24,325 nucleotides of DNA from Candidatus Bathyarchaeota archaeon (GTDB lineage: Archaea > Thermoproteota > Bathyarchaeia > Bathyarchaeales > DTEX01). A model generated the notes under the pieces. The model saw nothing but the letters and a program-made list of their open reading frames with translations. It did no database searches and was not told the origin of the DNA. The translations under genes and the position numbers were made by a program. This document shows positions 8,032 through 16,312 of this stretch, in pieces; position 1 is the stretch's first letter, and the number at the start of each line of letters is the position of its first letter. The DNA is taken from the NCBI GenBank assembly GCA_026414245.1, contig JAOAJJ010000002.1:1-24325 (forward strand), written 5' to 3'.

Positions 8032-9021
8032 TTGAACTACGCTATAGCTACTCTCGGAAGCCACTCTGCCCTTCAAATATTGAGGGGCGCGAAAGATGAG
8101 GGCTTCAGAACTATTGCCGTTTGTAGAGGCGACCATGCTTTTATTTATAAGCATTTTGGGGTTGCGGACGAGGTTATTGAGATAGAATCTTACAGCGATT
8201 TCCCCGCCGTGGAGGATGCTCTCTTGGAGCGGAACGCCATTTTAATTCCACATGCATCACTAATAGCCTACGTGGATCTAAAAGCTATCGAAAGAATGAA
8301 GGTTCCCTATTATGGGAATAGAAAAATTCTCTTCTGGGAGAGCGATAGGGAGAAACAGCGAATATGGCTTGAGAAGGCTGGATTAAATCTGCCGAAAGTC
8401 TTTAAGGATCCATCTGAAATCGATGGGTTAGCGATAGTAAAATTTCCGGGCGCTAGGGGCGGTCAGGGATACTTTTTAGTTAGAAATGAGCGGGAATTTA
8501 AACGCAAAATAGGAGACATAAAGGAATATGTTATTCAGGAGTACGTTGTCGGCATCCCGGTTTACATACATTACTTTTACTCGGTTATACGTAACGAGCT
8601 CGAGCTTATGGGGTTCGATAGGCGTTATGAGTCAAACGTTGACGGTATTGGGAGAATACCCTCTAGATTTCAACGAGACATTAAAGTAACATATACTATT
8701 GTTGGAAACTTTCCACTAATGCTTCGTGAATCTCTCCTACCAGAAGCGTTTAGGATGGGAGAACGCGTTATTAAAGCGTCGAGGGAAATATGCAGCCCAG
8801 GGATATATGGACCATTCTGCCTGGAAACCATTGTGACCCCAGACCTAAAGTTTTATGTTTTCGAAATATCCGCAAGGATTGTTGCTGGAACGAATGTTTT
8901 TATGGAAACCTCACCTTACGCGCTGATTAAACATGGTAAACCAATGAGCACTGGGCGGAGAATTGCTTTAGAGATAAGGGAGGCTATAGAGCAAGGTAGG
9001 TTAAAGGAAATATTAGGGTGA
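8032..9021 (+). CDS. purP: Formate-dependent AICAR formyltransferase / FAICAR synthetase PurP (ATP-grasp)
   Basis: ATLGSHSALQI..GAKDEGF, IPHAS, GNR.IL.WE, GARGGQGYF loop, QEYVVG, DRRYESN, RESLL, GPFCLE, FEISARIVAGTN, STGRRIA. TTG start behind GGAGG. Confidence 0.93.
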   Translation: MNYAIATLGSHSALQILRGAKDEGFRTIAVCRGDHAFIYKHFGVADEVIEIESYSDFPAVEDALLERNAILIPHASLIAYVDLKAIERMKVPYYGNRKILFWESDREKQRIWLEKAGLNLPKVFKDPSEIDGLAIVKFPGARGGQGYFLVRNEREFKRKIGDIKEYVIQEYVVGIPVYIHYFYSVIRNELELMGFDRRYESNVDGIGRIPSRFQRDIKVTYTIVGNFPLMLRESLLPEAFRMGERVIKASREICSPGIYGPFCLETIVTPDLKFYVFEISARIVAGTNVFMETSPYALIKHGKPMSTGRRIALEIREAIEQGRLKEILG

Positions 9022-9036
9022 CGACGCTTTCTCTTA

Positions 9037-10221
9037 TTGGTGATGAACTTGAGTGAAAATTGTGGCGAAGCTCGAAAAATCATTTCAGAATATGATCCCG
9101 ACAAGATAACGATCGGTGTTTTAGGGTCTCATTCAGCTGAAGAGGTGGGAGTATCCGCTAAAGTTTTCGGTTTCCAGACCTTAGTTGTCTGCCAGAAAGG
9201 CAGGGAGACATTATATGCCGGCTATAATAGACACTTATTCGACCATGTGATCCTCTTAGATAGGTTCTCAGACATTATAAGGGACGACGTCCAGGATAGG
9301 ATGTTGAAGTTAAACACGATATTTATTCCCAACAGATCATTCTCAGTCTATGTTGGATACGATAATATAGAGGGCAGATTTAAGACCCCAATATACGGTA
9401 ATCGTTTTCTCTTGAGAACTGAGGAAAGGACAGAGCCTAGAAATCAATATTGGCTTCTAGAGAAGGCTGGCATAAAGATACCTAAGAAGTTTGATAAGCC
9501 TGAAGATATCGATAGGCTCGTTATAGTTAAAGTTCAGCAGAAAAAGAAACCCTTGGAGAGGGCATTCTTCTATGCTTCATCCCCCGAAGAATACTATAGG
9601 AAAGCTGAGGAGCTAATAAAGCAGGAAGTGATAGATGAGGTAGATTTAAAGAGAGCCCGCATAGAGGAGTATATTCTTGGGCAGAAATTCAATGCAAACT
9701 TCCAGAAATGGGCTCTAAAAGACTGTTTTGGGGACTTTGACTTTCTAGGCTTTGATGACAGGAAGCAGACAAATCTGCATGGGATTCTAAGTCTCCCAGC
9801 TAGGGATCAGCTTGCAATAAATGTTCCAGTTAAGAATGAGGAAATAGGTCACTATGGGTTAACCATGAGAGAATCCCAGAAGCCATTGGTATATGAAGCC
9901 GCTGAGAAATTCATAGGGATCTGCGAGAAAGAGTATCCGCCGGGTATAATCGGTCTCTTCGCTCTACAGGGAGCTATAGCCTACGACTCAGACGATCCAG
10001 AACAGAAGAGACTAGCCTTCTATGTTTTTGACGTCAGCCCCAGAGTTCCCGGAAGCCCTTGTGTTGGTCCCACCTCACCTGAGATGCGTAGATTAACGCT
10101 AAAATATCGGGGTCTCCTCAAAAAACATGGTGTTGATAGAATAGAGGCGCCGATGGATCTACCGATGCTTGAGATACGATACGCTGCGGAAAATGGCAGG
10201 CTAAGCGAAATCATAACTTAG
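9037..10221 (+). CDS. Divergent PurP paralogue (DUF1246/DUF1297 ATP-grasp, second archaeal PurP-like group)
   Basis: GVLGSHSA, IPNRSF.VY, GNR.LLR.EER, ERAFF replacing the Gly-rich loop, EEYILG, QTN, TMRES, GLFALQG, FDVSPRVPG. Start uncertain (TTG 9037, ATG 9043 or TTG 9049). Confidence 0.85.
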   Translation: MVMNLSENCGEARKIISEYDPDKITIGVLGSHSAEEVGVSAKVFGFQTLVVCQKGRETLYAGYNRHLFDHVILLDRFSDIIRDDVQDRMLKLNTIFIPNRSFSVYVGYDNIEGRFKTPIYGNRFLLRTEERTEPRNQYWLLEKAGIKIPKKFDKPEDIDRLVIVKVQQKKKPLERAFFYASSPEEYYRKAEELIKQEVIDEVDLKRARIEEYILGQKFNANFQKWALKDCFGDFDFLGFDDRKQTNLHGILSLPARDQLAINVPVKNEEIGHYGLTMRESQKPLVYEAAEKFIGICEKEYPPGIIGLFALQGAIAYDSDDPEQKRLAFYVFDVSPRVPGSPCVGPTSPEMRRLTLKYRGLLKKHGVDRIEAPMDLPMLEIRYAAENGRLSEIIT

Positions 10222-10235
10222 CAGGTGAAAATGGA

Positions 10236-11513
10236 GTGTCATCATCGCTTATATGCGATGTCTTAGAAAGAATTGATAGTTTAAGGCTTGAAGTTGTTTC
10301 AGTTACATCGGACTTAATAAAGTTTCAAACCATCTCGCCGCCGAGCAACACTCTCGAGTGCGCAGAATACGTGAAGGCATACTTAGAAGAAGCTGGCGTA
10401 GAAGTTTCCTTTTATGCTAAGGAGAAGGAAAAGGTTAATGTGCACGCTAGGGTTCAGGGTAGAACCAGCAAGAAGATTGTTTGGCTAGGTCACCTCGATG
10501 TTGTTCCAGCCGGCTTGAGGGATAAGTGGGTTTACGATCCCTTTAGCGGCATAGTTGACGGCGAGCGGGTCTATGGTAGGGGCTCGAGTGATATGAAGGG
10601 GTCTTGCGCCGCCGCAATGATTGCAGCCAAGGTTTTAAATGAGTTTTCAGATAATAATAAAGCTACAGTTGACTTTTGGTTTACATGCGATGAAGAGGTG
10701 GGTTCGCCTAATGGAACACGTTGGCTTGTTGAGAGGGGTTTAATAAGCGGAGACTTATGTATTATAGGCGATTCACTCAGTAGGGATCCGAGCAAAGAGC
10801 CTTATATAGATGTTGGATGTAAAGGCTATATACGTTTGCGTTTGAAGGCTACCGGGAAAACAGCTCATGGAAGCATGCCTTTCTATGGAGATAACGCCAT
10901 AGAGAAAATACTTTCAGCTATCGAAAATGTGAAGAAGATAAGCGATTATAACCTTACTCTTTCAGCGGATTTAGAAGACTCGGTGAAGTCAAGCATAGAG
11001 TATCTTTTAGCGGGTGAGGGGTTAAGCGAAGTGCAGAAGAACGCTATAAGAAGAGCGTTTCATTATCCCACTGTCAGTCTAACAATGATAAGTGGTGGAG
11101 TGAAGATCAATGTTATACCGGATTATGCTGAAGCATTTTTCGATATAAGGATATCGCCCAGTATAGACCTAGAAAATATTAAAAAACATCTATATAATTT
11201 AGTTTCCAGCCTCGGTGAAAGAGGTGTTGAAGTCGACGTAATTGATTTTGAAGGCGGATACTACGAGAACTGGGACTCCAGATATACTGTAAGTCTAAGA
11301 AAAGCCGTTGAAATTGCAACCGGCGTGGAGCCGAAGCCGAAAATACTTTTGGGTGCAACTGACGCCCTAATATTAAAGAAGACTCTGAAGATACCGTGCT
11401 TGGGTTTTGGCGCTGGTATAGAGGAGCTGGCTCATGCCCCGAATGAATACGTTGCAGTTAGCGGTCTGCTCTCGGCGGCTAAAGTTTACACAGTCCTACC
11501 GCTTTTACTCTAA
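10236..11513 (+). CDS. M20A family metallo-deacylase/peptidase (ArgE/DapE-like)
   Basis: GHLDVVP, GRGSSDMKG, DEEVG, IIGD, AHGS, KINVIPD.A, AHAPNE. GTG start behind AGGTGA. Confidence 0.9.
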   Translation: MSSSLICDVLERIDSLRLEVVSVTSDLIKFQTISPPSNTLECAEYVKAYLEEAGVEVSFYAKEKEKVNVHARVQGRTSKKIVWLGHLDVVPAGLRDKWVYDPFSGIVDGERVYGRGSSDMKGSCAAAMIAAKVLNEFSDNNKATVDFWFTCDEEVGSPNGTRWLVERGLISGDLCIIGDSLSRDPSKEPYIDVGCKGYIRLRLKATGKTAHGSMPFYGDNAIEKILSAIENVKKISDYNLTLSADLEDSVKSSIEYLLAGEGLSEVQKNAIRRAFHYPTVSLTMISGGVKINVIPDYAEAFFDIRISPSIDLENIKKHLYNLVSSLGERGVEVDVIDFEGGYYENWDSRYTVSLRKAVEIATGVEPKPKILLGATDALILKKTLKIPCLGFGAGIEELAHAPNEYVAVSGLLSAAKVYTVLPLLL

Positions 11514-12934
11514 TCTTTATCTCTTCTCCTCAAGTTTTTAGACCGCTCCTCCCTCCGCATTATCTCATTTGCAACAATGATGCCGCTTGCGCTAGCCTGC
11601 ATTAATCCCCTCGTTATCCCAGCGCCGTCACCAATCGTAAATAAGTTTTTTATCTTTGTCTCTAAATTCTCATTCAATTCAAGTCTCGACGAATAAAATT
11701 TCACCTCAACACCATATAGCAGAGTATGCTTTGAATGTATTCCAGGAGCGACCTTATCAAGCGCCACAAGCATCTCTTTTATGTCTGTCAAATACCTATA
11801 TGGTAAAACGAAGCTTAAGTCTCCAGGAGTCGCTATTTTAAGAGTTGGCTTAACGATGCTTCTGCTTATCCTCTCCTCAGTAGACCGCCTACCAATCTCC
11901 AGATCGCCCAAGCGCTGTATAATCACGCCGCCGCTTAATAGGTTTGCTAACCTAGCGATATATTCGCCGTAAGCTATTGGTTCACGAAACGGATAGGTGA
12001 AGGATGTGCTTACGAGAACCGCAAAGTTGGTGTTTTCGGTTTTTCTTTCAGCATAACTCTGCCCATTAACGCTTATCACCCCACCATACGACTCCGTGAT
12101 AACTTCGCCGTATGGGTTAACGCAAAATGTTCTAACCTGATCGTCAAAAGCCCTCGAATAATATATGAATTTAGGCTCATAAAGCACATTCGTCAGCTCC
12201 TCCATCGTTACAGCTAGAACCTCAACCCTGACGCCTACATCGACCGGATTATTGAGGGTTTTTAATCTTAGGGATTGAGCCTCACTTTTAAGCCACTCAG
12301 CTCCGCTTCTTCCAGGCGCAACAATAACATATTTTCCATAAATTTTCTCCCCATTGACTGTTTCGACTCCTCTAGCCTCGCCATTATCTACAAGTAAGCT
12401 CTTAACCTCAGTCCTAGTTCTTACCTCAACACTATTATTCAATTCTCGGCGCATCTTTTGGAGAACTTCAGCGCACTTTTCCGTCCCGAGGTGTCTAATC
12501 TTCTGCCTAACGAGCGTTAAGCCCGCCAAAGCTGCTTTTCGCTCAATCCTTTCAACTTCATCTATGTCTTCGCCATAAACCTTCTGTGTTCCACCATACT
12601 TTACATATATGCTGTCAACATACTCTATTAGCTTTGAAAGCCTATCTTCGCCAACATATTCGCTAAGCCAGCCGCCGACAGACGTGGAGATCGTTAATTT
12701 ACCGTCGCTGAAGGCTCCAGCTCCACCCCAGCCGGAGAGAAGGGAGCAAGGCTCACATTTCACGCAGCCTAAACCTCTAGTAGCTGGGCACCTACGTTTA
12801 TCGATGTCTGGACCCTTCTCAAGCATTAGGATTTTGAGATCAGTATTCTTCGCAAGCTCTAGGGCGGAAAAAATTCCAGCTGGACCTGCACCAACAATTA
12901 TTACATCATACTGCTGCAAGGCCCATCCTTCCAA
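11510..12934 (-). CDS. FAD-dependent oxidoreductase (COG2509-type uncharacterised dehydrogenase)
   Basis: DVIIVGAGPAG, GWGGAGAFSDGKL, VAPGRSG, VDVGVRVE, RTFCVNP.G, TNFA.L, LYGVEVKFYS, GDGAGITRGL..A..SG. Confidence 0.85.
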   Translation of the reverse strand: MEGWALQQYDVIIVGAGPAGIFSALELAKNTDLKILMLEKGPDIDKRRCPATRGLGCVKCEPCSLLSGWGGAGAFSDGKLTISTSVGGWLSEYVGEDRLSKLIEYVDSIYVKYGGTQKVYGEDIDEVERIERKAALAGLTLVRQKIRHLGTEKCAEVLQKMRRELNNSVEVRTRTEVKSLLVDNGEARGVETVNGEKIYGKYVIVAPGRSGAEWLKSEAQSLRLKTLNNPVDVGVRVEVLAVTMEELTNVLYEPKFIYYSRAFDDQVRTFCVNPYGEVITESYGGVISVNGQSYAERKTENTNFAVLVSTSFTYPFREPIAYGEYIARLANLLSGGVIIQRLGDLEIGRRSTEERISRSIVKPTLKIATPGDLSFVLPYRYLTDIKEMLVALDKVAPGIHSKHTLLYGVEVKFYSSRLELNENLETKIKNLFTIGDGAGITRGLMQASASGIIVANEIMRREERSKNLRRRDKD

Positions 12935-13225
12935 AAGGAAACTACAGTAAGCAGGTTGAATATATGCTTTCTTATCTACGCAAATAATTCCACCTTATCC
13001 ATGTTAAATGACTAAAATTTTGTGATAAGGATAGCCGCTATGCGCTCTTCATCTTCACGTTGATAAGGCAGTAATCTGCCTTGTTATTGCTCGGATAATC
13101 TTTCCTTTTTCAACTCTGTCTAAATCTATCTTTTAATTTTGCGTTTTTTGCGTTTTAACTCGCAGCATGTGTGAAGGGATTTTACCTAGAAATAGAGTGT
13201 TTAGATCTGGGTTTCTCGTTATGTT

Positions 13226-13240
13226 CGAAAGGTTTAAATT
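13226..13240 (+). promoter_or_regulatory. BRE (CGAAAGG) plus TATA (TTTAAATT) of the DtxR/ABC operon
   Basis: Canonical archaeal BRE-TATA arrangement about 25 nt before ATG 13263. Confidence 0.7.
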
Positions 13241-13270
13241 TAGGCTTATCCTAAATTAGGCTATGCCTAT
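13237..13270. promoter_or_regulatory. Tandem DtxR-type operators: AATTTAGG-CTTAT-CCTAAATT (perfect 8-5-8) and TTAGG-CTATG-CCTAT
   Basis: Palindromes read directly from sequence between the TATA box and the start of a DtxR-family gene. TTAGG...CCTAA half-sites are characteristic of DtxR/MntR/SirR-family boxes. Confidence 0.8.
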
Positions 13271-13730
13271 TTCAGAGACCAAACTTATGTCTAAAAAGTT
13301 AACTGAAAGGGAAGCAGAATATCTAAAAGCAGTCTTCAATCTACTCTCTGAAAAAAGTGTTGTTGGGAGTCTAGATGTAGCGAATATTATGGGGGTTTCA
13401 TGCGCAACTGCAAGTGAGACCCTCAAGAGGCTTTACGAGAAAGGCATGCTTGTGAGAGAACCTTGGAGAGGAGTAAGCCTCTCAGAGCTGGGGCTTAGAG
13501 AAGTTAACAGGATTATGAGGAATCACAGGGTTTTCGAGACATATGTACACAAGTTCCTCTTAGTCAACTTAGGTGATGCTTGCGAATGTGCCCGTAAAAT
13601 TGAATTATATTTATCTGATAAAATTGTCGACTCTATGTGTAGGGTTCTAGGACATCCTGTAAAATGTCCTCATGATAAAGATATCCCGAGGGGGATCTCG
13701 TGCTGCTCAGCAAAGAGATCTCAGCCATAA
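13263..13730 (+). CDS. DtxR/MntR-family metal-dependent transcriptional repressor (no SH3/FeoA domain)
   Basis: LTEREAEYLKAVF, wHTH (DVANIMGVSCATASETLKRL..KG), wing (PWRGVSLSELG), RNHRVFE, LGHPVKCPH..IP. Alternative start ATG 13287. Confidence 0.9.
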   Translation: MPISETKLMSKKLTEREAEYLKAVFNLLSEKSVVGSLDVANIMGVSCATASETLKRLYEKGMLVREPWRGVSLSELGLREVNRIMRNHRVFETYVHKFLLVNLGDACECARKIELYLSDKIVDSMCRVLGHPVKCPHDKDIPRGISCCSAKRSQP

Positions 13731-14731
13731 TGGTTGTTTTAACTCTGTTGCTTTTAACAGGATTTAATGTGTTTATTGTTCTCTCTGATTCGAGTGAAAT
13801 GGTGAAGATAACTGTTTCAATAGAAATTCTCAAGTCGATAATTTATCCAGTAGTCGATGGAGTTGGGGAAGTCCATCCGATTGTTTCAGGAGAAATCGAT
13901 CCACATGGTTTCACTCTCACGCCGGAAGTTATTAACATTGCACGGGGCTCAGACCTGATAGTCATAACTGGACATATGGAGTGGGAGGAGGAGCTTGTCA
14001 GTCAGATCGCTAGGGAGAAAGGCGTCAGCGAAGAGTTAATCTCCATAAATACGATGAATTTAGATGGGGTTGAAATACTAGCCCTCAACGGGGATAAGAA
14101 TGTTCACGGCTTCTGGCTTTTACCAGACAATGCTCTTATGATAGCTAAAGAAGTTAGGGAGAAACTCTCAATGCTGAAACCTGAGCTATCTGGTAAACTC
14201 TCAGAAAATTATGAGAGGTTTGAGAGAGAGATTTCTGGTCTCAAAGCTTTTCTTTATAATCTTTCGAGTAAATATGGTTCATATGGCAGGAGTATCGTGA
14301 TAGGTTTCTATGAGGAGCAATATGTTGCTGAGGCTATGGGTTTAAAAGTGGGCGCCATCCTTATGGGAGAGGGGGGAGCTGTACGCCCAGAATCTTTGAG
14401 AAATATTTATGAGGGACTTAAATCTGGGGAATATGTTTGCCTAATAGTCTCCGATATAGCCCTACTGATGGAAGGCGTTCAAAAAGCCCTTGAGAATATC
14501 CGCGAGGAAACTGGCTGCTCAATAGCATATGTTCTAACGACTTCAGCCAACGGTCTAAAAGATTATGATGCAATAATATATTATAACGCCGGGCAAGTTT
14601 ACAGCGCCCTCCTTTCGAAGCGTAAAGCTGTCTCTAACGGCTTCAACATTTATCTCATTGTCGTTCTAGTCCTCTCGCTGGTCATTGTTTTCGAGACGTT
14701 ATTACTTATTAGGGGTAGGATTAAGTTATGA
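13730..14731 (+). CDS. Zn/Mn ABC transporter substrate-binding protein (ZnuA/TroA cluster A-I) with C-terminal membrane anchor
   Basis: N-terminal hydrophobic signal, DPHGF.LTP, NVHGFWL.P, C-terminal TM helix. Start placed at ATG 13730, which overlaps the dtxR stop (TAATG); the ORF track starts at GTG 13700. Confidence 0.85.
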   Translation: MVVLTLLLLTGFNVFIVLSDSSEMVKITVSIEILKSIIYPVVDGVGEVHPIVSGEIDPHGFTLTPEVINIARGSDLIVITGHMEWEEELVSQIAREKGVSEELISINTMNLDGVEILALNGDKNVHGFWLLPDNALMIAKEVREKLSMLKPELSGKLSENYERFEREISGLKAFLYNLSSKYGSYGRSIVIGFYEEQYVAEAMGLKVGAILMGEGGAVRPESLRNIYEGLKSGEYVCLIVSDIALLMEGVQKALENIREETGCSIAYVLTTSANGLKDYDAIIYYNAGQVYSALLSKRKAVSNGFNIYLIVVLVLSLVIVFETLLLIRGRIKL

Positions 14732-15507
14732 GCGGAAACATTATCTATGTTAAGGATGTTTCCGTTAAATTGAAGGATCAGATAGTGCTTGACTCCATTG
14801 GATTTGAAGTTGAAAGCCCTTCTCTTATAGTTGTTGTTGGACCGAATGGGGCTGGAAAAACAACTTTGCTAAAAACTTTGCTGGGAATAATTAAGCCATT
14901 TAGGGGCGATGTTAGGGTTCTAGGTTTAAATCCATTTAAGGATGGGGTTAAGGTTAGAAGGCTAGTAGGCTATGTCCCTCAAAAAGACAGGGTCTCCCAT
15001 GAGACCCCATTAAAGGTTGGGGATGTCGTCTTAATGGGAATACTGCTGAGAAAGAAACTGCTGAGGTTCATTTCTGAAGAGGATATTGAAGCCGCCATGA
15101 AAGCCTTAGCTTACTTGGATATGGAGGATAAATGGGACTCTCTCTTCAGCGAATTGAGTGGGGGACAGCAGAGAAAGGTTCTTATAGCGAGGGCTCTAGC
15201 ATCTGATCCGATGCTACTACTCTTAGACGAGGTCTTTGCTGGCTTAGATCTTGAAAGCCAAAGAAAGCTGCTCAGTCTCCTTGAGATGCTTAAGAATAAG
15301 AAGAGGACGATCATCGTTGTTGAACATGAGCTTGACCCAATAATAAATATAGCCGATAAAATCCTGGTTTTAAATAGGAGCATATGCCTATATGGGGAGC
15401 CGCATGATGTTTTAAGCGAAGATAAACTTAAACCCATTTATCCATGCTTAAGAACAATTGAGAAGGAAGGAAGGCGAATAGTTATTTTAGGCGATATGCA
15501 TGCTTGA
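14728..15507 (+). CDS. Metal ABC transporter ATP-binding protein (ZnuC/TroB-like)
   Basis: Walker A GPNGAGKTT, GYVPQ, LSGGQQ signature, LLLLDE Walker B, H-loop VVEHE. ATGA overlap with the upstream gene. Confidence 0.93.
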   Translation: MSGNIIYVKDVSVKLKDQIVLDSIGFEVESPSLIVVVGPNGAGKTTLLKTLLGIIKPFRGDVRVLGLNPFKDGVKVRRLVGYVPQKDRVSHETPLKVGDVVLMGILLRKKLLRFISEEDIEAAMKALAYLDMEDKWDSLFSELSGGQQRKVLIARALASDPMLLLLDEVFAGLDLESQRKLLSLLEMLKNKKRTIIVVEHELDPIINIADKILVLNRSICLYGEPHDVLSEDKLKPIYPCLRTIEKEGRRIVILGDMHA

Positions 15508-16312
15508 CCCATTCGTCTTAAGAGCGATCTTAGGTATACTATTCGCATCATTATCTACGCCGATCCTAGTCATAATGCTCTTAAGGGGCTCACTCTATAT
15601 CACTCCGGAAATATCGCATGCCGCATTAGGCGGCGCAGCCCTGGGCGTGCTGATCCAAACATGCTTCCCAGCGCTATCGGATCCATTTCCTACAGTCATA
15701 TTATTCTGTGTTGCAACGGCGATTTTCGTCTCCTATACAGGGAGAGGCAGCCAGCAATCTTTAGGAACAATGATTAGTGTGTCGTTAGCTATAAGCGTTA
15801 CGCTCTACGCAGTTATAAGGAGCTGCTGTCTTCCAGCAGATAAAAGAGTGCTCGTAGACGGTTATCTGATAAGCGATCTACTGCTTCTCTCGGATGCTGG
15901 CGTACTGAACCTGGCGATAGCATCTATAACAGCAACTGTAATAACCCTAATATTTTATAGAGAGTTTATTTACATATGCTTCGACATGGATGCCGCTGAA
16001 GCTTTTGGATTAAGAGTTAGAATGTATGATTTGCTGCTATTTTCAACATCAGCCGTGGCTGTTGCGGTAATCACTAGAGCGGTGGGTGTGCTGCTCTCCG
16101 TCACCCTTCTTATACTCCCGGTAGCCGCATCGAGCATTATAACAAGAAATGTAGGCATGATGATCATATCATCCCTAATAATAGCGATGCTATCTGGAAT
16201 TATGGGAATAGCTCTATCGCTTCAATTTAATATGCCCACAGGCGGCACAATAGCAATCTCATCTACAATACTCTTCTCGCTAACCTACCTAACTAAACTT
16301 AAAAAACAGTAG
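15500..16312 (+). CDS. Metal ABC transporter permease (ZnuB/ABC-3 family)
   Basis: ISHAALGG, REFIYICFD..AAEAFG, VG.LL..TLLILP.A, PTGGTI. 8-nt overlap with the ATPase gene. Confidence 0.92.
   Translation: MLDPFVLRAILGILFASLSTPILVIMLLRGSLYITPEISHAALGGAALGVLIQTCFPALSDPFPTVILFCVATAIFVSYTGRGSQQSLGTMISVSLAISVTLYAVIRSCCLPADKRVLVDGYLISDLLLLSDAGVLNLAIASITATVITLIFYREFIYICFDMDAAEAFGLRVRMYDLLLFSTSAVAVAVITRAVGVLLSVTLLILPVAASSIITRNVGMMIISSLIIAMLSGIMGIALSLQFNMPTGGTIAISSTILFSLTYLTKLKKQ

Noticed and set aside
11510-11513. 4-nt tail-to-tail overlap of the M20 and flavoprotein genes
   Set aside because: Common in compact archaeal genomes.
1857-16167. Remaining short ORFs nested in or antisense to recognised genes (e.g. 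1857-2186, 4043-4417, 6909-7259, 7470-7817, 12609-12950, 15111-15437)
   Set aside because: They overlap well-supported CDSs and show no domains or translation signals.
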